Shown piece after piece: positions 54,575 to 64,000 of a stretch of DNA of 64,000 nt. The stretch's first letter is position 1; each line of letters begins with the position of its first letter. The DNA lies in NCBI GenBank assembly GCA_002269645.1, contig NIVC01001215.1, positions 19,635 to 83,634 of the forward strand, given 5' to 3'. A program made the translations under genes and the position numbers. The stretch is from Macrostomum lignano. Lineage: Eukaryota. Under the pieces are notes generated by a model. The model was not told where the DNA came from. It saw only the letters and a program-made list of their open reading frames with translations, and searched no databases.

Positions 54575-55403
54575 ATGGCTGGACGCGGTGCCGCCTGCTG
54601 CTGCAGCCGGTGGCCTTCGGCATCCGCCAGCTCAGCGGAACCGGGGTGCCACAACAGCGGCTCAGCAGAACTGGCAGGCCCGGGTGGACCTGGCGGCAGC
54701 CTACAGGGCCCTGGACCAGCTGGGCTACAACGAGGGCATCTGCAACCATCTCAGCCTGATGACGCCATCGGCTGACGGCTCCGGAGCCGAGCTGATGCTG
54801 CTGGTGCCCTACGGCCTGCACTGGTCCCGCGTGCGTGCCTCCGACCTGGTCGGCCTCGACGCTGCAGGTCGGGTAGTGGAGGGCAACGGTCGCGCCGAGA
54901 CGTCCGCGGCCACAATCCACCGACCGCTGCACGAGGCCCGGCCCGAGGCCAAGGCGGTCTTCCACCTGCACAGTCCGTACGCCACCGCCCTCAGCTGCCT
55001 GCAGGACTCCCGACTGCGCATGGTGCACCAGAACTGCCTGTACTTTCTCAACAGCATTGCCTACGATCTGGACTACAGCGGCGTCTCCGTCCAGGACTCA
55101 GAGGGCGCTCGGCTGGCTTCCTGCCTGGCACCTGACAAGACCTGCCTGATGATGGCCAACCACGGCTACCTGGTGCTAGCGGAAACCGCGGCCATGGCCT
55201 TCCACTACTCCTACTACTTGGAGCGCTGTGCCATGTACCAGTTGCTGGCCATGCAGACGGGCCGCGAGCTTAAGGAGCTGGATCCGGCCTTCGCCAAGGC
55301 GGCGCAGCAGGACATGCTTAAGTTTGCCGAGCGCGACGGAGATCAATTCTTCCGGGCTGTGCAGCAAAAGCTGCGTGACGAGGGCTCTGACTTTGAAAAG
55401 TAA
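54575..55403 (+). CDS. Class II aldolase/adducin-head family metalloenzyme, intronless, with a likely mitochondrial presequence
   Basis: RVDLAAAYR..NEGICNHLS..PYGLHWS.VRASDL..IH..HLHSPYATALS..MANHG. Adding one base each at the C run (54591) and G run (54643) gives the start MAGRGARLLLQPVAFGIRQLSG. Confidence 0.85.
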
Positions 55404-56348
55404 CGGCGAACTCGTCACGATGACAAATTGAAATTTGTTATTTCCGTTACTCGTATAATAAATGTCATTCGGCTAAGTGATAATGTGCTTGCAAAATATG
55501 AATAATGTGCTTGCCAGTGCTGGATGATGATAAAATGACTGCATTGAATTTCGCCAAGAGACTCATGAAGACTTTCCTTACACTCAAGCTCATTGCAGCT
55601 GACGATACCAATCTATTGTAGCCATCTAAATGTTCCTATGTTGCTGAAAATGTTTTTGAAACAGGCCAAATGGAGCCACACGTCTGTATCCGCTATCTAA
55701 AAACGCTGGCCTTTCTGAAGAATCGATCGAAGGGCCGCGATCAATTTTTAGTGGCAGCTGATGAAGTTTTCTGCCCGTTTCCATGAGGCCCAGAAATCGA
55801 TTTTGTCCGACCAGCGGGCGGGAGCTGAGACTTGCTGGGGGGGGAGGCATCGACCCGCGCCAGCCGAGGTGCCCTAAGGCTGCCAGACTGCGGCCAGAGT
55901 ATTAATTAGAACTCAATGTAACGGGCAAAGAATGAAGCAAATAAAAGTCACGGAAGGTTTAAAGAATGAGGCTGGTAACTAGCAAACACACAGAGTTCCA
56001 TTCTGAACCCCGAGTTGCTTTAGTAAAAGCATCGAACACTGAAGCAAATTAACACGGTAAGAGAGTGCTGAACCGCTCACAGATGGTCCTGCTAGTCCAG
56101 AACACTACGGTCACAATATTGCTGATATTGCCATGCAAACCAAGGCGCAAACCAGGTGGTCAAAGCAGAGTCTATTGTTGGAAATCAATCCATCTTGCTA
56201 GTTAGCTGAAGTTCGCCATGGCAACCGGGATATTCGAAGTTTACAGAAATGATCTACGCATCAAAGTGCTGCCATGACGGACTGTATGAAAACCCAGTCT
56301 AAGCCCAGTTCAGCCAAGTCTGAAGTCGCTGGCAACTCATGGCCTCCC

Positions 56349-57458
56349 CTAAGCTCGGCAACTGGCCGGCAGTGCCTCCTTGAGTTCACCGGCCTGCTGC
56401 ATCTCCCGCACAATATCCAGGCCGCCCAACAGCTGCCCATCAGCGTACAGCTGCGGGAAGGTCGGCCAGTTGCTGAACTTCTTCAGGCCCTCTCGCACGG
56501 AATTGTCCTGCAGGATGTCGAAGTGGCCGAACTGGACGCCCTCGGAGCGCAGCAGCTCCACGATCTGCCGGCTGAAGCCGCAGCGGGGCGCGTCTGGCGA
56601 GCCTTTCATGAACAGCATGACTGGCGCGGCCTTGACCAGCTTCTCCAGGCGGGCCGTCACGGCGGCTTTCAGCGCGGGGCCCAGCTCGCCGGCCTCGTCC
56701 ATCTCGCGAACAACGTCGAGACCGCCCAGCAACTCGCCGGCTGCGTACAGCTGCGGGTAGGTTGGCCAGTTGCTCAGCTTCTTCAAGCCCTCTCGCACGG
56801 CTTGGTCGGTGAGGATGTCGAAGTGGTCGAAAGGCGCCACCTCGGCGTGCTTCCGCAGCAGCTCCACGATCTGCCGGCTGAAGCCGCAGCGAGGCGCGTC
56901 TGGCGAGCCTTTCATGAACAGCAAGACTGGCGAGCGGGTCAGCAGCGACTTCAGGCGGGCCTCCAGCTGCGCCTGCGTCTCTTTTGGCGCCGCGGCGACG
57001 TCCCCGCCGGTAGCCGGGGCGGTGGCGGACACAGCGGCCGAGAGCTTGGCGGCCAGGGCCGCGGGTCAGCACCGTTCAGGCGGTCCACAACTTGCGGCTG
57101 CTGGCTCTCAGCCGCCCTGCGCACAAGCAGAAAGGTGGGCACCGCCAGGACGCCAAACCTGCTGGTTACCTGCGGCACCTGCATGCGATTTGATTGAATC
57201 AAATGGATTTTGCGACTCACTTTGACCAGCAAGCAGCTCCGCACAGCTCACCTGTTCAGCCTCCACATTGACAAAAGTGACAGCTGAGTAGGCCGGCTCC
57301 TTGGCCAGCTCGTCCATCACCAGCGACATCTGGACGCACTGGGCCGCCCAGTCAGCTCTGAAGTGCAGCAGGCAGAGGCCGCCCGGCTTGGCGGAGGCCA
57401 GGGCGGACTCGAAGGTCTCGGCCGAGGTGGCCAGCACCACTCTAGCGCTGCTAGTCAT
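56349..57458 (-). CDS. GLRX3: Glutaredoxin-3 (PICOT): thioredoxin-like domain plus two monothiol CGFS glutaredoxin domains
   Basis: [10 protein letters not shown] Trx-like motif; two [19 protein letters not shown](Y/F)PQLY..LGGLD domains; intron 57251-57179; one base missing at ~57063. Confidence 0.93.
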
Positions 57459-58094
57459 TGGGCAATCAGCTGCAGTTGCCAGACAGAAATTTTGTTATAT
57501 TTTCAACATAAGTTACTACTACTACGAGTACAAATAATATATTATTATCAGGGGGCGGTCAAACAACCAGGGTTCGTAGCGTGAGAAAGTTAGCGAAATT
57601 TACCGCTGAGCTACCCTGTCCCCTAGCATAATTTGCTAAGCTACTACTTACAAACTAAATTAGAAGTAGTCTCATTCGTTGACAGGTAAAATTTAGGCTA
57701 ATAAGCAGTCAAAAAGTTGATAAAGTAACAAACTTCAATTCGGTTCAATTGGTAGCAAATGCTTGTATTATAAAACTGAGAAAATAACCAAAAACAGACT
57801 GACATCAAGCCGGATAGAATATAATGCAACCAGTGAGGCAACGGTAACGCTAAGGTAAACTGGAGCAATAAAGGGATACTTTTAAGCACTCCCTAATAAA
57901 TATAGAAAAATCTGCTTTGTGAGCATAAAATGCGACACCGGGTCAAAGGTACTGAATGAAAGCAGAACAATGTCATTGAAACAGAAACGGTTGGATTTCA
58001 TTATTGCACAACTGCAAGTCACCAGAGCAGATCGGCAAACAAACCAAAACGATCTGTTGGCTACGAAAACACGATTCGATAAACGCATTAAAAT

Positions 58095-58639
58095 TTATTT
58101 TTGGAAGGTCAGGCCCCGGTATTCCAGGTGCTTGTCGGAGGCCAAGCCCCGGTACTCCAGGTGCTTATCAGAGGCCGAACCCCGGCACTCCAGGTGCTTG
58201 CCAGAAGCCAGGCTTCGGTACTCTTGGTGCAGCCGGTTGACCAGCGCCAGCTGGCGCCGCTCCTGCGCCATCATGCTGGCGCGCAGGTCGACACCTTCCA
58301 GGTGGGCAACATCGGCACCAGCCGCTCGCGGTGGCAGCGGAGTGTTGCACAAGCGGCAACTGTGGGCATCGGGCGGGTTCAGCAGAGTGCACGCTGGACA
58401 CGGGGCGTCCTCAGCCTTGAGCCGAGCCGACTGATGGCGCGTAGAGCTCGAGGCAGCCTGGGGGATCTCCTTGCGGGTGGCGCGGTGGCTGCGGCGCTCG
58501 GGTGGCCATGCCAGACAGCGTCGCAGGCGCAGCAGAGGCGCTTGCAGCGGGGCGCAGAGCAGGCCACTGCAGCGGGCTCATCGCCGCAGTACTCGCACAA
58601 GAGGTTGGCAAACTGCTGCTTCTGGCCAGTTGCTGGCAT
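58095..58639 (-). CDS. Small RNF31/HOIP-type B-box plus NZF (RanBP2-type) zinc-finger protein, ~180 aa; may be partial
   Basis: CEYCGDEPAAVACSAPRCKRLCCACDAVWHGHPERRSH (after adding one base at 58500-58502), then CPACTLLNPPDAHSCRLCNTP. Confidence 0.65.
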
Positions 58640-58861
58640 TGCCTGGAGCTGCAGAAGGTGATTGACATCTCAGTTTCCAGGTTGGCTCTCAATCAAGCTG
58701 TCAGAATGTGTATAAAATCAGACATTTACGTTTTCTATTTTTTAACTGTGAATTTACAAAGGGCAATTGATTAAAAAATATTGAGGCAACACTGAGCTTG
58801 CTTGCACCTTAATTGACTAAACTGAGAATGACTGTATGCTTGTTATGACTTATTAGCTTTA

Positions 58862-59005
58862 CTCTTGTACCAATACTCTTGTACCAATACTCTTGTACCA
58901 ATACTCTTACACTAATACTCTTGTACCAATACTCTTGTACCAATACTCTTGTACCAATACTCTTGTACCAATACTCTTGTACCAATACTCTTACACTAAT
59001 ACTCT
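58862..59005 (+). repeat. 14-bp minisatellite TACTCTTGTACCAA
   Basis: Tandem units visible directly. Confidence 0.92.
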
Positions 59006-59667
59006 TGCACCTTGCCTTCATAGAATTTTTTAGTCCTGGGCCTGCAACCCCATTTGTTCTCTCATTGCTCTAGTTAACATTTAAACTAATGCTTATATTC
59101 AGTTAATTCGTCTATTAAAATAGATTAAGCAGGCTAAAAAAATTCTCAATGATTGCATTTGTTTCAATCAAACAGTGTATCAATATAAATTTATATTATT
59201 TTTTATTTTTTTAAAAAATCTCAGGTCTAAGCTATTAGCTCAATGAATATAAGATATAATTATAGACTTTATATTAATTATAAAATCCAAAGCTTAACAA
59301 ATGATAATACAAAGAAATAATACTGTTCAAATCTCTAAATTAGGGCTAAGAAAGTACTACTAGGGACTATTATGATAAAAAACTTTGCAAATAATGTTTA
59401 ATAAAAACTCTTACCATATTTTTAGTCAAAACTAATCCACATGACAAGTATAATATAATTTTAGAAATTGCATATATGATATCAGTATTTCTAGCCTAGA
59501 ACTAACAAAAAACTCAAAATATTTTAAATAGATATTAAGAAATATTTACTATTTATTATAATAGAGGGACTTACTCATTAAAAAATGAAGATTTTATAAA
59601 AGCAATAACAATAACTTTAAACTGTAGGCCTACCTTATAGAAACATAATATTTATAATATTGTAATA

Positions 59668-59690
59668 CCCTAACCCTAACCCTAACCCTA
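59668..59690 (-). repeat. Short interstitial telomere-type (TTAGGG)n tract, ~4 units
   Basis: ccctaaccctaaccctaacccta on the plus strand. Confidence 0.8.
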
Positions 59691-60710
59691 GTCTACTACT
59701 GAGGCAACATTGAAGGAGTCCAATGGCAAGGCTATGTTGCCAACATCATCAACAGCTGACAGCAAACCACTGACAGTGCTGCACCTGCCGGCAACAAAGC
59801 CAAGGCCATCTGCCAGCCATTATCGAGACATGCAGAGGTTATTTACTAGCTTTAGCAGCACAACATGTTGCCTTACTAGGAGCCACCATCTACTAGCTGA
59901 AGGTGACAAGGACTGGGACCATAGCATAGCCAGTGACAACCGCTGCCAACCTGCTTGCTATCTGGTGTTTAAGAGAGTGAGGTTCAGCAGCAATGCTGAC
60001 AGCTGCTACACCTTATCATCTGCTGACAAATCTAAATCCAACAATAATGATGCCAAAGCCATTGACAAAGATTGACCTTTAGGCACCTCAACAACATGGC
60101 AATTGGTCTAAGTAGCGATCATATAGAAGGAGCTCCAGACCCCAAACCATGCCACCACAGCCGAAGCTGCACCAACAAATCCTACTAATAGATGCCAAAC
60201 ATTAAACTTAACTGATCATATCCCAAGGCCAGTCACCTATGAGGAGCTCCAAATCCTACTGATTTGGAACTGAATCTGAGTTGACAACCAAAACTGCCAC
60301 TTAATCAGCAATTAAATATGACAAGAGATGAACAAAACCTATTAGCATTTTAGAAAGCTTAATATCAATATTTGAATATGATTGCAATTTCTAACAACTT
60401 TGCACACCATTGTGCATCGTTAGGATTTTATTAGAACAATTTGAGAAAGTGAGATTGAAAACAATTGATTAAATATTGGTTTTTGCAACGTACATAGATA
60501 AGGAGGGTAAGATTGAAAACAATTGATTACAACTTGGCTTTAACAACATACATAGGTAGGTAGGAGAGAAAATTATAGATTAAGATTGAAAATAAACCAA
60601 AAGTACACAATTCTTGTTCAGTGGTCAAAAGGCAGAATCAGGGGTGGTAGCTTAAGTAAATGAACGTCAAGTTAAGTGTACACAGCATACACGTTTGTGT
60701 CACTCACTGT

Positions 60711-61771
60711 TCAGAAAACGCAGAGAACGTGACCTGCACCATTATGTTGTAATTGGGTGTTGAGATTTGGGGACTGAGCTTTTATGTGTAGGGCCTCGAG
60801 AATTCTAAGTTTGGCATCAGTATGGCTTTGGTCAATGATTTTAAAGTGTTCTTCTGGTTTGCAGTCATTGCAGTTAGTGCATTCAAAGAGGTGAGTTTGT
60901 ATAGCAGGTGGTTTGAGCCAGTGTTCCCTGATCCTCGTGTGTAGGTGTCTTTTGGTTTTCCCCACGTAGGAGACGCTCTGGTCCACAGAGCAGTTAAATT
61001 GGTAAACAACACCTGCACACAGAGTACGAGGAACACGCAACTTTAATCTGCTAACAAAGTTTCCAATCTTGTTTATGTAGAAGACAACCTGGATATTACT
61101 ATTGAAAGAGGCAAAGAATAACCTATGCATTCTGTTTTTCAAGGCTAGAGATGGAGGTCCGAGGAAGGGGAGACGCAGAATGGGTTCAAATTCTTCAGTG
61201 GTAACAGATTGCTTAGGTTTTTGTTTGGTGATTTTGTCCGAGATGAACTTGTTGATGATTTTTTGAACCAGACAAACGGGGTAGTCATTTTGATAGAACA
61301 GTCTGGTAAGGAACTGCACCTCCCAGTCAAAGTTGATCCAGGTGTTATAGGTAGTGAAAGCTCTATGCCTATGGAGCAAACACCTCACAAGCCCAGTTTT
61401 CCATTGTCTGGGGCAAGTGGCTTGGAAATTGAGAATGAGATTGGTAAAGCTTTTCTTATGGAAGACTTTTGTGGAGAGGGTTTCCTTACTGTCTGTAGTC
61501 AATGCCAATGTCCAGGAATAGGAGTCTGGTCAACAGCATGTTCAACCGTGAATTTGATGTTCTTATGAGTGGAGTTGAGAGCGTGGGCCGTGGAGGAACT
61601 GATCAATTTTTTGCTCCTGATCAAATTTAAGATAGCAAACGTATCATCGATGTAGTGCCTGTAGAATTTGGGGGCATAGTTAAGAGACATCCAATTTTTG
61701 GTTTCCCAGTGGGCCAAGCAGACATTTGCCAGAGTGGGGGCCAAGGGGCTTGCCCTAACTAGGCCTATCAT
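60711..61771 (-). mobile_element. 5'-truncated, mutated Penelope-like retroelement (RT C-terminal half plus GIY-YIG endonuclease)
   Basis: SPLAPTLAN, RHYIDDTF, LSTKVFHKK; GIY-YIG motif GVVYQFNC..SYVGKTKRHLHTRIREH..LRILEALHI..PNLN; frameshift near 61500. Confidence 0.9.
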
Positions 61772-63103
61772 TTGAGATAATTTGCCTTTTTATAGTTCTA
61801 GTTCTATTACTTTCTAAAAAGCTTTTTGTTTAAAAAATTATTTTTTATTAAATATATATTGCACTTATAATTTATAGGCCTATAGTATTATAGTCTTGAT
61901 AGCCTTGAAACCAAAAAAATAAAAAAGCTTGGCTCATTGGTTTCATCTCATGAATCAATTTTATAATTCTTAGCCTGAGGCTCTAGTTGACTATAACAAT
62001 ATTATATAACAGATAGAAAAGATAAATAGATTTATAAAAATGATGAGTAAAGCTATGCCATGCATTTTATTTTTTTAGGCATAGTATAGAAAATATCAAT
62101 AGAGCTAGGCCCTATAAAAATGAAAACCTGTTTCTGTAATGTATTTTTTTGAAAAAAACCTGGCCTCCTAAATTCAAAATTTTCCAAGAAACATAGTTTC
62201 CAATTCTTCTACTTGCGCAGGCCCTAGCTCAGCCTATTGACGACCGTCTAGTCGGTAATACAGCAACTAAAATTATGGCGTTTAGACGGGAGCACGGCGA
62301 GCTGAGCTGCCGCGCCGCGTTAGACCGTACCTAGGGCCTTTTCATATTGCTTGTTCTGGTTCCAGAACCAGAACCAATTTGTGAAGTATAACTTTTTGTC
62401 TCCATAACTAGAGGGAGATATGTGCTATAAAGTTTTTATTATTGAATGACAATCGCCAAGAAGAAAGTGAAAAATTGTGCAAAGTGAGGTTGTTAAGGCA
62501 GTCAAACATTCAACAGAATTAAATAGTTATACTGCTGTTTTTCTTGGAAGATCCGAACCGATTCTGATTCTGGAATTGGTAATACGCTCGTATGAAAAGC
62601 CCCAAAGTGAAAATTCCGTTACAAACTCTTAAACTTTTGAATCCATAAAGTTTGGCTGCGTTTTGTTTGAATTTAGTTCAGAAGTTCAGAAAATATCTGC
62701 AAATATAACATAAAATCGTTGTCTATTAACTATCGTCTTCGACTTCGACTATTATTGCATCTTATAGTAAAATACGAGTATTCTGAGTGGTCCTAAGAGT
62801 GCGTCAACATTGAGCACTATGGCCTATACTAAGGCCAGAATTTCTTGACACCATGCAGCTAGTATGCGAAAGGAAGACATAACTTTCAAATGAAAGCTCT
62901 TCGGAGGCGAATTTTTACGTCATATAAGCTCATCGGATGCAATTTAAGGGTTATGTATTGTTCTACATAGGCTCTCAAAACTTTACTGCCCACTGATTTG
63001 GCGCCCCTTTTTAAGCGACATGGCACACAACCAGCGAGAGGCATTACTGCCCATTCCGCCGACTCCCCTGAGCAGGCATACAAGCGCGCGGATACGTACG
63101 CAG

Positions 63104-63104
<1 letters not shown>

Positions 63105-63162
<58 letters not shown>
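63105..63162 (+). repeat. (CA)n microsatellite
   Basis: Visible directly. Confidence 0.97.
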
Positions 63163-63164
<2 letters not shown>

Positions 63165-63294
63165 AGTGTACAGCGGCCCTAACTTTATTTTATCGTTAGG
63201 CATGTACACTTCACTGCGCCTTGGGGGGTTGGCTCTCAAGGCCGTTAATTGCACGAGCAGAGCCAAGCCGAAATTCTAATTCAGCCCCAAATTA

Positions 63295-63360
63295 ATGACT
63301 GCACTTGGAATCGAGCCTGGGTCGCTGGCACACCAGAGCAGCTGCGCTACCGCTGGCTAC
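63295..63360 (-). mobile_element. Possible tRNA-derived SINE head
   Basis: Minus strand gtagccagcggtag (A-box-like) and ggctcgattcc (B-box-like) at tRNA-like spacing; no full cloverleaf. Confidence 0.4.
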
Positions 63361-64000
63361 GGCCCCCTTGGCGCCCCTTTAACAACAATTATTAAGTTTA
63401 ACACCCACTGTCCCTAATTCTAGCAGTTTCCCAGAAGTCAGATTAAAAAAAATTGCTTATGTCTCGCCTCTTACATTTAAAAAAATTAACTAGTAGGCAG
63501 CCTTCGAATCAACATAAAAAAGCCTAATGTAAACATACATGTACATTAGAAGTCCAGAAAGCAAGATATTACAATTATTTTTTTTCTAGGAACTTAGTAA
63601 GGCCCAGCGGCTTGCTCAGCGCATTTAAAAGCTCAGTGCTTCCATTAGGCAAGTCTGAAGTGGGCAAAATGAATCCAGGGAAGCTTTTAACCAAAACTCA
63701 GGAGAAGCCAACTGGACAGAAGCTGTTTCAGCACACGTGTCTGGATGCTGACCAGGAAAAGCTCTGAAGCTACTCTTGTAGGCGCCCGTCTTCTCGTCAA
63801 GCAAGGAGGTTTAGGCGTCTGCAAGATGCCTCTCCAACTGCATGTCGAATCTCTAACCGACCGAGGGTGACTCTCAAGTCCAGAATAAAGTCAACTTATC
63901 AGAGTGCTTAGAGCAGTCTCCATGGTAATGGCATGGCGCTGATAAATCCTCGTCCATCAGTAATCCTTTGTGCAGACTGAATTTACGGAAAGAGAAAAAA

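Noticed and set aside
63830-64000. Possible terminal exon on the minus strand (LHKGLLMDEDLSAPCHYHGDC..) after a strong acceptor at the window edge
   Set aside because: Too short to identify, and the rest would lie outside the window.

Overview
This is intron-rich animal genomic DNA, not prokaryotic. GC/CpG-rich exons, nearly every long intron filled with its own minisatellite, and flatworm-type chloride channels suggest a free-living flatworm such as Macrostomum (inference). I found no rRNA, tRNA gene or CRISPR array. Genes reconstructed by hand from splice sites and reading phase: the 3' part of a RalGDS/RGL-type RasGEF+RA gene; a 137-aa four-TM protein; a ~1010-aa intronless IFIT-like TPR protein; a GPI-type two-domain Ly6/uPAR-like protein; a BCL11-like zinc-finger exon; an 11-exon gene joining a CFAP97/Hemingway domain to a divergent annexin core; two Cys-loop anion-channel first exons with only one TM3-TM4 exon; a class II aldolase; GLRX3; and a small HOIP-like B-box/NZF protein. 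Mobile DNA: a Gypsy pol remnant, a degenerate tyrosine-recombinase element in the RalGDS intron (carrying an RTE-like LINE and a hAT MITE, both with exact TSDs), and a CpG-depleted Penelope-like remnant. Several good genes have a single-base deletion in a homopolymer, most likely long-read consensus error. Best novelty candidates: (1) the IFIT-like protein with a putative HEPN-like C-terminal effector; (2) two alternative channel first exons sharing one constant exon; (3) the CFAP97-annexin fusion; (4) the tyrosine-recombinase element with a duplicated unknown domain. All family assignments come from motif recognition by eye; no searches were run.
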